From Octopus sinensis (lineage: Eukaryota): a stretch of 64,000 bases of DNA. Of this stretch, positions 1-14,214 are shown piece after piece. The DNA is taken from positions 113,522,001 to 113,586,000 of the forward strand of contig NC_043003.1 in assembly GCF_006345805.1 (NCBI RefSeq), in the 5' to 3' direction. The notes beneath the pieces are model-generated. The model made no database searches. It worked only from the letters and a program-made list of their open reading frames with translations, and was not told where the DNA came from. The stretch's first letter is position 1, and every line of letters starts with the position of its first letter. Position numbers and translations under genes: made by a program.

Positions 1-437
1 CAATGCCACCTATTTCTGTTGTGTACGAGATAAAACACCTAGCACATAACTTCAAAGAAAAAAGACTTACCTTTCATGAAAAGAAAGACACAGTTATTAC
101 AGATGAAAATGGAAGAATTACATGTTAAAAAAGGGGTTAGAAGGATGTATAAAATTTTACAATAGCATTAATAGATACAGTATTGGTACAAGTAGCCGAG
201 GTGATATCTATACAATGTGTAATGATGATGAGAGTTTATCATATATATATACATATATATATATACATATATATACATATATATATATATCCAACATGGT
301 TAACTGAGTGAAGAAATAATAAGATTACTTGGAATAAGTAAGGTTTCCATATTTTTGAGAAATTAACAGTGACAAATACGAGAGCAAGAGAACTGCTACA
401 AAGGTCTGATACTATTTGAAAGAAATACTCAAATCAA

Positions 438-498
438 TATATATACATCTATCTATACATATGTGTGTGTGCATATATATATATATAATATATATATA

Positions 499-533
<35 letters not shown>

Positions 534-542
534 GATAGATAG

Positions 543-574
<32 letters not shown>

Positions 575-581
575 GTGTATA

Positions 582-620
<39 letters not shown>

Positions 621-642
621 CTATCTATCTATATATATATAC

Positions 643-675
<33 letters not shown>

Positions 676-742
676 CATATATATCTACATATACTCACAC
701 ACACACACACACATAAATATACATACATACATATATATATAG
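438..742. repeat. (TA)n/(CA)n compound microsatellite
   Basis: Read directly from the sequence. Confidence 0.93.
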
Positions 743-972
743 TAATACTAAGTAATTAAGGGTTTAGCAACGATTTGCCTCACCACACACCGAATTTAGA
801 AATAGCAGTCAAAGAGTTTTGGCTATTCTTTCTACTTAAAAGGGAGATCCCAGTAAAACCACAGCACTTAAAAAGCAAACAACGCAGTCAAAAGAGAAAG
901 AAATGACAACAATCATTCTATATTAAGTCATTGATATATTATTGATATATATATATACACACACATACAAAC

Positions 973-1003
<31 letters not shown>

Positions 1004-1047
1004 CATATATGTGCGTGTATATATAGATATGTATTGATATACATATA

Positions 1048-1690
1048 CAGGGTGCGGTGAATAAACTGTTGTTTAAATTACGCAAAAGTGAAAATAACAC
1101 TGACAACTCATCTTAACAGATATATTTACCAAAATTACATAAAAATATCTTGAAATACTAAAGAATAAATTTATTCAATAAAATCGACATTGGCTTAAAC
1201 CACAGCCTCCAGGCGACTTCAGGATCTCCTGCAACTCTTCTGGACAGCCTCCTTGTATTACTGAGTGAATATTGCCATAATCTTTGCCTTCAGTTCATCT
1301 TTGGTGTTACTAGGAGTTTTGTTGGTCTCTTGCTCAAATGTGCACCACATGTAATAAGCAAGGGGGATGGAGTCTGGGGTGTTAGGTGGTCAGATGCTAA
1401 GAGTGATATGGTTGCAGAAATTGTCTGACAGCCATGGCTGGGTTCTCCTGCTTGTGTGGCAGGGTGCAGAGTCCTGTTGCCATGCATAGGGTCTTCTAGC
1501 AGCCACCCTCTTGACCCAGGGCAGCATTACCTCCTCCAGGTACTTGATGTTAGCCTCTGTGTTGAGTCTGAGGCTGTATAGGAAGACGAATGGAGGTATA
1601 ACGTCGCCATCACTAGTGATTACTCCAAGCACTTATGATGCTGACTGGATGTTTGATTTTCTTCACTGCTGGTACGTGTCCTCAGATTGA
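1048..1690 (-). mobile_element. Truncated Tc1/mariner-superfamily transposon (maT/DD37D-like), 3' half
   Basis: TA|CAGGGTG terminus at 1048; minus-strand remnant GVITSDGDVIPPF...WQQDSAPCHTS...WLSDNF. The inner boundary is approximate. Confidence 0.8.
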
Positions 1691-1948
1691 TACCCAAATA
1701 CTCTGAACCTCTTCCTATTGGAGCTTCCTGTGCAAATGCCAAGTGGTACGGCATGTCATTTCCAAATTTCTGGCAGAGTGAATTGTGTCATGGTGATGTT
1801 TTTCTCACAGATGGTGCCCAACTGACCCTACTATACTGTGTAGTCGATAAATTCAAGAAGTAACAATGTACATGTGGGAAATTAAAAATATAGAGTGGCA
1901 ACAATTTACCCATCATACCCTGTTTATATATATATATATATACATATA

Positions 1949-3158
1949 CAGGATGTGTAAGGTGTTTAAGGACATACCTGCTTTGGATCATTGTTGCATT
2001 TTTTCCTAACTCTATATAATCTTTGTTTTAGAAAATAATAATGGCAGACCCTCAGCTTACTCAAGAAATGAAGAGGCATGATGTAATTATGGTTATAAAG
2101 GCTGAGCATACGGATTTAGAAATATCTCGATTTTTAAAAGTTGCCAGATCTTTCGTCTACAGAGTTTGTAAGGACCTAGAGATTGAAGATGGAAACAATC
2201 ACCAGTATCAAAGCATTAAAAGCATTCTAAATGCTCTGAAATCATCAGAACACTTGAATTTATCTAGCAAGTTCAATAGACCATTGATTACAATCCCAGA
2301 AAATTCATGAGGTCAGTTGGAAAAGATTTCCATGTGTTAGAATGAACAGTCGAAAATGTCCACAAAGACATCAGATATAAGTTTTATATGATGAAGAAAG
2401 GTCAGTTTGTCAGAAAAAGCAAAAGAAAATCACTATATCAGATCTAAAAGGCTCTTATACAAACTGAAAATCCAGCAGAAGATTTGATTTGGTTATTTCT
2501 CAAACAAGAACTTCAATCAAGATCAAAAAGTTAAAAAAAGAAATGACAGATGGTCATGTGCCAACCCTTCTGAAGTTACAAGTGTTATGCATACAAAATT
2601 TCTTGAAACTGTCATGGTTTTAGGGGTTATCAGCAATGAAGGACATGTGATGCTGTCGTACTTCTTTCCACAAGACCTTAGAGTTAACTCTGCCACCTGG
2701 TAATAATTGTTAAGCCCCGGATAGACAGTTTTATGCAATGGAAGACCATATATGTTTCAGTAAGACTCAGCACTATCACACATGACTCTAGTAACACAGG
2801 AATGGATGGTTGAAAATTTTCATAATCACATAGCCCCTAAAATTTGGCCTCCTAATTTTTTAGATCTCGATCTATTGGACTATTACATGTGGAGCATTGT
2901 TGAAAGAGAGGTCAATGGACACATCCATAACAGAGTAATGTCCAAAATGAACCAGAACCACTTGATTCAAGCATGTAGATGATTTAGATCTCATGTAGAA
3001 GCAGTTGTTGAAGCTGAAGGTTGCTTTATTGAATAACATTTTAGAAAAGGTTTATTTTTACCCTCATAGCATTTTTTGATGAATAAATTTATTTTCTGTT
3101 ATTATACATCTGATTTTTTTTATAAACATAAGTCTGTCCTCAAATATCTAACACCCTG
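1949..3158 (+). mobile_element. Near full-length degenerate Tc1/mariner-superfamily transposon (maT/DD37D-like)
   Basis: TA-flanked imperfect ~30-bp TIRs (CAGGATGTGTAAGGTGTTTAAGGACA / TGTCCTCAAATATCTAACACCCTG); frameshifted transposase pieces EISRFLKVARSFVYRV, VMVLGVISNEG, WPPNFLDLDLLDYYMWSIVE. Confidence 0.88.
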
Positions 3159-3366
3159 TATATGTATATTTACAGCACTTACCCAGTGCACTTAATTTTT
3201 CAGATCACCTGTGAACTAAACATCCATATTTTGTATGTATGTATGTATGTGTATGTATATATATATAGACCATGGTATCCCAAAATAATTAACTAAAATA
3301 CTTTTCCAGGTGGTGATATTGAGTTAGTCATGGCCTGGGCTTATAATATGGCCAAAACCAACCAAA

Positions 3367-3367
<1 letters not shown>

Positions 3368-3453
<86 letters not shown>

Positions 3454-3498
3454 TATATATTTATATATAAATATAAATATATAAATATATATATATTT

Positions 3499-3531
<33 letters not shown>

Positions 3532-3857
3532 TACATACATACATGTGTATATAAATATATATATATATATATACACATACATATATGCACATCTATACAT
3601 ATATATATATACATATATACACATACATATATGCACATCTATACATATATATATATATACATATATACATACATGTATATATATATATACACATATATAC
3701 ATATATATATATATACATACATATGTATACATATACATACATATGTATATATATATATACATACATATGTATACATATATATACATACATATGTATACAT
3801 ATATATATACACACACACACATATATATATATATACTTACATACATTTCTATATTTA

Positions 3858-3903
<46 letters not shown>

Positions 3904-3942
3904 CATGTACATACATGCACACACACATACACACATATATAT
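3368..3942. repeat. (TA)n/(TACA)n compound microsatellite
   Basis: Read directly from the sequence. Confidence 0.95.
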
Positions 3943-4727
3943 AAGTGAGTTAACAAAGCTACCAATAGTTTCATGTGAAAAAAGTTTGTCAATTGATTAA
4001 ATATGTCACATGGAGGTGTTGGTACTTGTCTCCATTTTGATTGGGAACATCAAAATTGAGACAAATTCCAGCACTTCCATGTTGTTGCCTTGTTAGCCCA
4101 CAAAGAAAGAATTTTTATTCACCCATGTGGTGCACAGCACTCATTCTCACTATTTGATACTATCATATACCTGTATGTGTGTGTGTGTGTATATTTATGT
4201 ATGTATATATATATATATATATATATATCATCATCATCATCAACATTTGACATGTCCACTTTTCAAAGCTAACATCGGTCAAGCAAAATTCATTGAAACA
4301 GATTTCCACAGTCAAGACACCATTCCTGTTACCTTCTCTCACTTGTTTCGAAAGAAGCATTTTTTGACCATAGCAAAAAATTGTTTCCTCGGAAGACTGG
4401 AAATGACCACCACTACTGGTACAATGGTTATGTTCATTTATTGCTATTGTGTGATGTTAAGATGAGGAAACAAAATTACACACATTATTATTAATATAGT
4501 TTTTTTTAAATGATGAAATGTAGTTTGACTTTATACCAAATGGAAATACACAAAGGGAATGGAAGAAAATTCAGTGAAGCAAAGCTTAAAGTGAACGGAA
4601 TGAAAAATAAACTAAAATATCTGCTGATTGTTTTAAACTTATTTCCTTTTATATGTCTTGCCCTGACACCCCAGTAGTCTGTCTTGTATCACACTTGCAT
4701 ATACATAGAAACTTCCACTTGCAGATA

Positions 4728-5803
4728 CAGGGGTTGGACAAAATAATAGAAACACCTAGCGTCGTAGCATCATAATTTTGAAATATCTACAAAACCGTCA
4801 AAAGCTTGTTTGTTTTTATGTTATTTGATTTATTATTAGTGTTGCTTAATACGTTTTGTAAAAGTTGCTGCTTCTTTTCAGATATCATCAGGAAAAGATA
4901 ATTAAAATTCATTAAAATGACAGATCTATCAGAGTTTCAAAGAGGTCAAATTGTTGGTGCTCGTATGGCAGGAGCTAGCATAGCAAAAACAGCCAAAATG
5001 TTTAGTGTATCTTAATGACCACCTCGACAACCCAGTTTCCACGACAAATGTTCACCGGGAGCTGCATAAAGCTGGAATTCATGGGAGGGCTGCAATTAGA
5101 AAACCACTACTTTCAAAAACAAACGTTTCAAAGCATTTAGAGTGGAGTAAAAACCTACAGAATTGGTCCCTAGAGCAATGGAAGTATGTTATTTTCTCAG
5201 ACAAGTCATCCTTTACCTTCTTTCCAACCACTGGCCAAGTATACATGTGGAAACAGCCAAAAGAAAGTTTTTATCCAGACTGCCTTCTTCCAGTGGTTAA
5301 ACATGGAGGATGATCTGTGATGAACTGGGTGAGCTACATCTTGGAAATCCGCCAGAATTTATAGACAAGACTATTTAAGCAATCTATCTGATCAAGTTCA
5401 TCCTATGGTTGCGGAACTGTTTTTGGAATGGAACACAATATTTCAGGATGATAATGTACCAATTCACACAGCTAAAGTTGTTACTGAATGGCACGAAGAA
5501 CATTCTAGTGAAGTTGAACATCTTATCTGACCACCACAGTCCCCAGATCTCAATATTATTGAACATTTATGGTGCATTTTAGAAAAACAAGGAATCAATA
5601 TCCTCCACCATTATCACTACGAGAACTGAAGATTGTTTTAGCTGAAGAATGGACAAAAATTTCTTTGGAAACAATTCAAACTTTGCATGAGTCCATACCT
5701 TGTAGAATTCAAGCTGTAATCACCGCCAAAGGCGGTCCTACCTGATATTAAAATAAATTTGTTTGAAATTTTAAGGTGTTTCCATTATTTTGTCCAACCC
5801 CTG
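4728..5803 (+). mobile_element. Tc1-family (DD34E-like) transposon, full TIRs, broken transposase
   Basis: 30-bp TIRs CAGGGGTTGGACAAAATAAT(A/G)GAAACACCT with one mismatch and TA on both sides; remnants MTDLSEFQRGQIVGARMAG, VIFSDKSSF, IFQDDNVPIH, SPDLNIIEHLW. Confidence 0.93.
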
Positions 5804-6126
5804 TATATGCAAGCATGATGTCTCCTAGCTATTATTTTGTGTCATGCCAACCTTACAATCTCATGCTTGTTCCTACACTCACTTAGACACACACAATTGC
5901 AATCACTTGAGCTCATTTTTTTGTTATTTGTTCTGCCTAAAGTATAAAACAATCGTGGTGGTGGTGGTGGTATGCTGCTGCTGACGGCATTGGCAATTTT
6001 TTAAAAATTTTATGTTGGTCTTATTACTATACAATCGACTAAAATGTATTTATGTGTGCATGTGCATATTGGTAGCATCACGCAGTACTAAGGAGTTTGT
6101 AGAGACAGTATCGGTAAGGTGTGAGA

Positions 6127-6246
6127 AGTGTTAGGAACATAAATTTTGACTAAGGTTTGGTGGAAGATTTTTATTCAAAACTTATGAAAACAAGACATTT
6201 GTACTCAGAGCCAGAGCCGGTTCCAGCCGGGTTGGTAACGAAAGGG
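6127..6246. mobile_element. Partial copy of MITE family 2
   Basis: Reverse complement of the left half of 39612-39833; ends GTAACGAAAGGG|TTAA. Confidence 0.8.
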
Positions 6247-8089
6247 TTAAATTTGGTAGCAGTTGAACCTAAGACTAACAGAGAGAAAGAATTGATGTAG
6301 ACTAAAGTCGGACATCTGAAATCAGGACTATTCTTGAGCCATAAGATTGTAAAGAGAACGCAAGAGGAATCACTTGAAACACACACGCACACACACACAC
6401 ACACACACACACTAAATAGGCAGTTAGAATATCTCAATTTAATGAGTATTAGATTTAGAGAAGAACAGAAACTATGATAAACAGAGATGAAAGATATAAT
6501 AACTGTATATAGACAGAAGTAAACTCTATAAATTGATGACACACGCACACATGAAATACAATGCAACCATTTGAGATCCCTTGAAATACTCACAAATTCA
6601 TTCATAATAATGCTAAGATACAATCAGACACACCACATGAACTAACACCAAATAAGGACAATCATGTTAACTATATTGACCTAAACACACATACATATAT
6701 TAACTTCCATACAACTGCCTACATAATACTAGCAATGCAGGCCATCTCTACCAGAGATACACACACTCTCACTCCTGAACCAGACCAGTGAACTGTGACC
6801 TCACATATGCTTCAGACAAACTTGCAGACTGGTTCTAAAATTCATAAGCACCAATTTGGTAATAAAATAAAATTTTAAAAAAACATACTACAGCAACTAT
6901 AGTCACATCTACACATAACAGATATATATATAGGTGTCAGTTATCCCTCACCACTTCCACCAAGACAAAACCAACCAGTGAGAAACATCCCTGATCTTTT
7001 ACATTCACTTAAAAAGTAACAGGATGGAAATAGGAAAATTCCTCTCCTTGTATTGCGAGGCAAAAAAATTAACCAAGACCATGGTTTTAAAAATCTCATA
7101 ACTTGATTGTGTTCACTGCCAACATCAACTGTAAACATTGTGTTCACTGTTCACAGCAACTAAACTGGGTAACTAACAAATTTTAAACTTCGTATACTGG
7201 TAGAATGTGTTTATAAAACATATTTTTCTCTTGCCTTTATTGAGAAAATTCTATAGTTTGTAAGATATTTGTTGTTTTTTTTTCTTCAATTTCTGCAATT
7301 TCAACCAATCACTGACGTCCATTGAGGTAAAAAAACATTCTGTGCCGTATGAATATGTCCCTCGTCTAGTGGGGTTTTCAAATATATATATTTTCAAATA
7401 TATATATATGCACATATATACACACACACACACACAAATATATACACATGCATATTCCACACTTACACACACATATATCTATGCAACTGGAGAGTTTGCT
7501 GATAAATGACTAAGTTACAGCGTCTTACATGCAGTTAAAATGTAATAACATCCTAATCACGTAAGGAGGAAAAAAACCACAAATATGTGGATTACTCTAT
7601 CAAATCTCTGAAAATTTAATAATGTAAGATGCACATGGGTCTTAAAGCCACAAAGTTTAGCTGATGGATGCTGTGGAGGGGGCGGGGAGAAGAAGCCGAC
7701 AGCAGCAAAAGTTCACAAAGAGTGTTGATGATGCCGTGTCACAGTAATTTTGTTACAATTCAAACTGGAATCAGGTATTTTGGGTTAGGGTTAGAGGGAG
7801 ATTATAAATATATAGTTATTCTTGTAATTGTAACATTTTTCTCGGATTTGGATAATAGTTTGATGAATCAATCTTTTTAGAATGGAATTAAATTCTACGA
7901 TATATGAAGACCGTAAATAACGGTGTTATTCTGCTGTAGAATGAGTATGCTGAAGAATGACAATTACCATCGCAATCACAAAGTGAGTGATTGCTAAAAT
8001 GTGAAACTCACTCAAATTAAGAAGAATATAGTGAAATATTAGTTCTATATTCCATTTTAAATGAACGGATAAACAGTACCAGAAACATA

Positions 8090-8196
8090 TTGGTAGAATA
8101 TAGGCATCACCAGAATGTTGGTAGAATATAGGCATCACCAGAATGTTGGTAGAATATAGGCATCACCAGAATGTTGGTAGAATATAGGCATCACCA
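8090..8196. repeat. 28-bp perfect tandem repeat, 3.8 copies
   Basis: Unit TTGGTAGAATATAGGCATCACCAGAATG, with no spacers. Confidence 0.95.
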
Positions 8197-8339
8197 ATTA
8201 CTGTCACACATAAAAGAGGATGACACAGCAGGTAGCATAGTTTTGCTAAATATTTTAGATGCCTTTGAAATCAGGAGCAGAATGAGACAATCCTTTTGGC
8301 CCTTGTATACATGACCCAGTGAAACCTACAGTATATGAT

Positions 8340-8515
8340 AGATGGAGGGCAAGAGAAGGCAACAGAGACCTCAGTTGGTATTCATTTCAGCTGAGTAAAC
8401 TAGAGCGATGGGAAGTGAAGTACGTTGCTCAAGGACACAAGGCACTACATGACCCAGGAATCAAGCACAAGACCTTATAATCATGAGTACCACACCCGAG
8501 CCACAAGGCCACAGG
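8340..8515 (-). mobile_element. Decayed SINE head and core fragment
   Basis: Reverse complement contains gtgtccttgagcaacgtacttcac...tttactcagctgaaatgaatacc, similar to the middle of 43995-44310. Confidence 0.55.
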
Positions 8516-9483
8516 CTTTAACCAAACACACACACACCACCAATTGGACAGTAGCGGTTTCCTATGAGTTCAGATTTCTAGATCATTATTCTAAATCTGC
8601 AAAGATAGAAATGAAAGTACATGTTTTGTTTTGTTTTGTGTGTGCGTGTGTGTGTAGGCAGGCACAAACACAACAACACTCAAATACAGATGTCATTGTA
8701 TATGTTTTAATGAGCTCTTCATCAGATATCTCACTTATACAGGTTACCAAGTACACTCACATGAATAATTATAACAGCTTTGAGCAATTCTATGTATGTT
8801 TGCATATGTACAAACAAACAAACAAACACATACATTCATAATTCCACCCACCCACATCAATAATCAGTTTTATCATTCTATATTGCTAAAAAGTCTTCTC
8901 TTTCCTTAAATATTTCACTCATCTTTCAATACTGTTTATATGTCTCTGTGTCCCAGTCTCTCTCTCTCTCTCTCTTTCTCTGTGTCACTCACACACACAA
9001 CTTACTATTTCATTTCCCACCATAGCTCCTATCAATGCTCACTTCTTAACTGTGAGTCATCTTTCTTAATTCCCATGAGGTGAAAAAAAAAAATCCAGTT
9101 AAAATATAATTATTTCCTATTGTCAGTGCTAACAAACCTTCCATTCAGTAGGCATTTAGTTACTGTGTTGTTAGTTTATTTCTTTTGCACACTTAGAGAC
9201 AAGCCCATAGAGAAACCCTCTCACATACCTACACTTCTTCTAATTATGAGCAAGACAAGCTGCAATCACCCACACCCTTCTGCTTCTCTACAAGTGGCAC
9301 TTAAAAAATACTCTGAAGTACTGCAATGTCTCAAATGCTGTGGAGGATAATTGATAAAAAACAACAAAAAACAAAAAAAAAAAACTCGTATACTGATTTT
9401 CTCTCTCTTTCGCATTCTGCCTGCCTTTCTGTCTGCCTACCTATGTCTCACATGCACAGACACACATATCTATGTAACAATTA

Positions 9484-10658
9484 CAGGGGTTAGTCAAAAT
9501 AATGGAAACACCTATTTTTACTTAACTATTTTTCTTTCTATTGGCAGTATGACAAAGCCAGAGCCGTTCCAGTTCGTATCTATGCATTCACATGCTTCAT
9601 GTGCCATGTACTTCAAGACATAGCTCTATTCTTCATTTCGTTTTTTTCTTCAGATATTAATAATTAACTAAGTTAAGAAGTGTGACCTTATATTTTCAAA
9701 ACGAACAAATTGTTGGAGCATGGATGGCTAGAACAATGATGGTTGGAGATTCAGTCACTAAAACTGCCGCCGCTGAATAGTTTGATATTTAGAGGGGTAC
9801 ACTTAAAACTCATCTTAGCATTTCCAAACCACGGTAAAAGCAACTTTGGTTAGCACATTTATGGATGAAAGTTGAAGCTCAAAGAGAAGAGGAACAACAG
9901 AAGAGTGAAAGATATTGTGTCTCAGCACCACAGCAGCAAAATTGGTGACAGTGATTGCTAACCCTCTCTTCTACCTATCAACATGGATGAGCAGAAAAAT
10001 ATGGCATCAAGACTATCAGAAGTGGTTAATGGCTCAATGTAACAATGTTGTCTTTGCAAAATCATCATTCACCATTTTCCTTCACTTTGAGACAAGTTTA
10101 TGACTGGAGACAAAGAAATCTTCAGCCTTGACTGTTTGGTCCCTACCATGAAGCATGGAGATGGCTCTGCTGTGAGGGACATGCATATCATGGAATTCTC
10201 TCAGCCCTTTAGCTGTTTTACATGGCAGAGCCAATTCCAAGAATTATTTGAGTATTTTGGTTGATCATGTTCATCCTATGGTACAAAGATCATTCCCTGT
10301 TGGTAACACAATCTTCCAAGACAAGAATGCCCCAATTCACATTGGGATGAAGAATACAAAAGAAAGAAAGTTATCACTTGGATTGACTCCCCAACAATCA
10401 CCGAATCTAAATATAATCAAACATTTATGGGACCTTTTGGAGCGGAAAGCAAGGAGGCTGCTTCATCTGCCATCGATACTGAAAGAGTTGAAGCAGGCTC
10501 TGCTTAAAGAGTGGCTGAAAATTCTCCCAATGACCGTCCAGAATTAGTACAAGTCAATTTGTCAATGGATCAAAGCAGTAACTGATGTTGACTAACTCTG
10601 TATTGAGTGATATAACTTGCTCTTAACAAAGTGTTTCCATTACTTTGTTTAATCCCTG
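9484..10658 (+). mobile_element. Second, more decayed copy of the same Tc1 family
   Basis: Left TIR CAGGGGTTAGTCAAAATAATGGAAACACCT; right TIR ...GTGTTTCCATTACTTTGTTTAATCCCTG; TA flanks; remnant IFQDKNAPIH...SPNLNIIKHLW. Confidence 0.85.
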
Positions 10659-10782
10659 TATGTGTGTGTATACAATACACACAAATATATTTTCACACAG
10701 AAATGTGTGAGTGTATGTGTGTATATATATATATATATATACAGACATACACTCACACACACAGAGGAATTTATATATGTGT

Positions 10783-11180
10783 ATGGCTGTGTGGGTAAGA
10801 ACTTTGCCTCCCAATCACATGGTTCTAGGTTCAGTCCTACTGTGTGGCACCTTGGAATACAAGTGTCTTCTACTAACAAAAACTTTGTGATTGGATCTTG
10901 TCGGTGGAAACTGAAAGTAATATCAATGAGTGTGTGTGCATGTGTAGGTGTTACTGTTTCATTGTCTTGACATCATGTGATCGTTGTAAAAGAGTGTCCC
11001 TGTCATACGAATGGTGTTGGTCATTTCCTATCTTCTGCAACATGTCACAGAATTTAACTTATTTAAAAACAGAAAGAGAACTGATGGTAGGAAGGTCATC
11101 TAGACGTAGAAAATCTGCCTTGGCAAAAGTCCACCCAACCCATGTGAGCAGGGAAAACTGGACATTAAAACATCAAATAA
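10783..11180 (+). mobile_element. SINE with the 55328-type head and an alternative RTE-like tail
   Basis: Head tggctgtgtgggtaag...ggttcagtcc...caagtgtcttctact; tail ...ggaaggtcatc...gtagaaaatctgcc...ggacattaaaac. Opposite-strand copy at 13762-14165. Confidence 0.7.
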
Positions 11181-11480
11181 TTCTGGGTAGTGAGAAACCT
11201 AGGGGTATCAAGGAAAATCTGCACTTAGAGATGAAGGATGGTCTTGGAGAGGAAACTGATCAAAGGGCCCAGTTGTGCACGCATGCACACACATACACAA
11301 TGCTTCCATAACTCATTTGCACCAAGTTTGGCAGGTTTTCTCCAGAACTGCATATTGTTAGTTATCCCATCCCCTTGTCATGTCCTCCATGAGGTTCTAG
11401 GTCTTGAGATTAGCATTCACCTCTCCATTCCAAGTCTTTCTTGTTTCCCTCTTTTGCAAGCTCCATGTACATTTAGTGAT

Positions 11481-12240
11481 CATCATCATCATCATCATCG
11501 TTTAACGTCCGCTTTCCATGCTAGCATGGGTTGGACGATTTGAATGAGGGCTGGTGAACCAGATGGCTGCACCAGACTACAATCTTGATCTGGCAGAGTT
11601 TCGACAGCTGGATGCCCTTCCTAACACCAACCACTCCGAGAGTGTAGTGGGTGCTTTTTACGCGCCACCGTCACAGGGGTCAGTCAGGTGGTACTGGCAA
11701 TGACCTCGCTCGAATCTTTTTACACGTGCCAGTGAAGCGACGTTGGTAACAATCACGCTTGAATGGTGCCCTTTTACATGCCACGGGTACAGAAGCCAGT
11801 TGGCTGCTCTGGCAACAATCACACTCAGATGGTGCTCTTGGCACCTTACTAGGTCACGCTCGGATGGTGCTCTTGGCATCCTACTAGCCCCTTTTTTTAT
11901 ACAGCTATTATCATTCCTATGCATCATGTCTATACTAGTCGTTTTTCCTTGGACACTATATTTCAGCCCTCTTAGGCCCACTTTTTCTCTCAGAATGATG
12001 TCCTTCATGCTCACTTAAATAGCATATGCAATTGAGCTTGTTCACTTCATTTCTCTCTAGTCTTCTGGTATCCTATGCATTCAAAGCCCATGTTTCACTA
12101 CCATGCAGTTGTGAAGTTCTAATACATGCATCATGCAATTTGTCCTTCACTCTGAGAGAAAATACCTTTCTTGCATGAAACAACAGCTGAAGCCCCTTAA
12201 TTTTTTCAAACCCGTTCTTGTCCTGGCTGCCACACTTTCA
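11481..12240 (-). mobile_element. RTE-clade LINE 3' fragment with (GAT)n tail
   Basis: Remnant FSLRVKDKLHDACIRT..LHGSETWAL; modular 3' UTR; terminal catcatcat at 11481. Confidence 0.78.
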
Positions 12241-12769
12241 CTGCAACCACCTCCTCTGTTAAGTGAGTCAGTAAGGTAAGTTTTTCAACTACTTTAAATA
12301 AGCCATCTGGACAAACAAAAGAGTCTGTTTTTAGTACATACTGGCAGTTTCTACAGTTGGTTGGCATTAGGAAGGACATCCAGCTGTAGAAACTTTGCCA
12401 GATCAGATTGGAGCCTGGTGCAGCCTTCTGGCTCACCAGTCCTCAGTCAAACCGTCCAACCCATGCCAGCATGGAAAGCAGACGTTAAGTGACGATGATG
12501 ATGGTGATGGCCCTGTGCATATATTACAAATGAAGTTTTCTTTCTCTAAAAGTCTGCCTGTAACTTTACTGCCCCTCTTGCATACTGGGTATAGTGTATG
12601 ATGTTCCTACCAACTCCTTTACTGCAGATCAAGCAAGATTGTTTAGCTGAAGATACTAAGGCCCTACCTTCTCTCCTACTTGCTAAAATCTCAGTCATTG
12701 TCAAAAATGAGCTCTCAAGTCTAGGTTTAGTCTCCTTGTATGGAATTTCCTTTCTAATTCCCCTAGGAA

Positions 12770-13215
12770 ATCAGCTACGGAGAGCGAAATTACCAGCATA
12801 TAGGAGTTTCCAGGGTGATAACTTTAAGTGGAGGGAGTTGTGGAAGAGAGTGACCCAGGAGGACATATGATGAAGTTCTGAAGGCTGATCTGAAAACGTC
12901 GAGCATTACAAAGGAGATGACAAAGGACTGGGATATGTGGTGCATTGTTATACTTAAGAAGACTTGTCCACCACAATGAAATTCAAATCCTAAGACCAAG
13001 GTGCTACATAAAAGTCATTGGTATGGGTACTGGTGACACGTAAAAAGCACCCAGTACATTGTTCATAGTGGTTGTTGTTAGGAAGGGCATCTAGCTGTGG
13101 AAAACAGGCCAAAACAGACCATGGAACCTGGTGCGGTGCCTGACCTTGCAAGTTCCTGCTGAGCTGTCCAACCCATGCCTGCATGGAAAACGGACATTAG
13201 ATGTTGATGATACGT
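12770..13215 (+). mobile_element. RTE LINE 3' fragment
   Basis: VEGVVEE.DPGGHMMKF/YDEVLKADLK-type decay of the GRPRKTWDEV motif, then the shared tail ggaagggcatc...ggacattagatgttgatgat. Confidence 0.65.
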
Positions 13216-13254
13216 ATATGTATGCGTGTGTATGTGTATATATGTATACATATG

Positions 13255-13287
<33 letters not shown>

Positions 13288-13761
13288 GCATTATACATTA
13301 TATATATCAATATCACAAATAGAAGTATATGTTATACACACACGTGTGCGTGTGAGAGAGAGAACACTAAATTTTGCTTTTGCAGCTGAGGTAAATGTCT
13401 ATGTGGGGGAATTTTTTGGCAAAATTTTTTCTTGTCTGGGCATAACCTGTACATGCTGTGACTCCTAAAATAAGGCTTGCACTTCTCCAGGATTCTTCAC
13501 TTAATGTAATCCATGCCATTTTCCTTCAATGTCCACATATTCCAAGCCATGGCTGTGACATTGTGTCACTCTTGAATATTAAAGGACAGATTGTGATTGC
13601 TAAATTTGGCCCTGAAAGGACTTATCACATCCACATTTTTCTGTACATCTAAACTGCCCACCAGGACCTTTTGAACATTACACATACACTTACACAAACA
13701 TATATACAAATATATATACATGTGTGCATGTGTGAGTGTGTGTGTGTGTGTGTGTGTGTCG

Positions 13762-14165
13762 TTGATCATCATTGACTTAACACCTGTTTCCTATACTTAC
13801 GTCAGTTGAATGGAATTCACTGAGGTAGATTTTCTATGGCGGGACGTTCTTTCTGTTGCCAACCCTTGCCTGTTCCCATGCAAGGACATGTTGCCCCATC
13901 TTAAGACATGATCTTCATGGAAGAGTGGAAACCAACAACATCCCCTGTATGAAGGTCACCATCATTTACAACCATTATGAGGTGTCAAAACAAAGGTATG
14001 CGCACGTACACACACACACACAAAACCATCAGCAAAATCTTGTCACATGACTTTGGCTTCCCTGAGGATGTAGTAGAAGACACTTGCCCCAAATAGCTCA
14101 TGGCAGGACTGAAACCAAGACAACATGGTTGGGAAGCAAACTTCTCCACCACACAGTCACCACAC
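13762..14165 (-). mobile_element. SINE copy, family of 10783-11180
   Basis: Reverse-complement similarity to 10783-11180 in head, (CA)n tract and tail. Confidence 0.68.
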
Positions 14166-14214
14166 CCATGCCTTTGTCTATAATATCAATGAAAACACAA
14201 ATATGGGAACATAT

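Noticed and set aside
61-130. Strong minus-strand donor ATGAAAG|gtaagtc as a further teneurin exon end
   Set aside because: The upstream frame reads as low-complexity, non-teneurin sequence, and there is no suitable acceptor.
5642-5680. CTGAAGA...GAAAC pairs at 5643 and 18548
   Set aside because: They lie inside transposase or LINE coding remnants and have no flanking helices.
8090-8196. 28-bp repeats as a CRISPR array
   Set aside because: The units are contiguous with no spacers, there are no cas genes, and the context is eukaryotic.
8690-8730. Minus-strand CTGATGAAGAGCTC...AAAACATAT as a hammerhead
   Set aside because: It lacks GAAA, a proper helix II closure and an NUH site.
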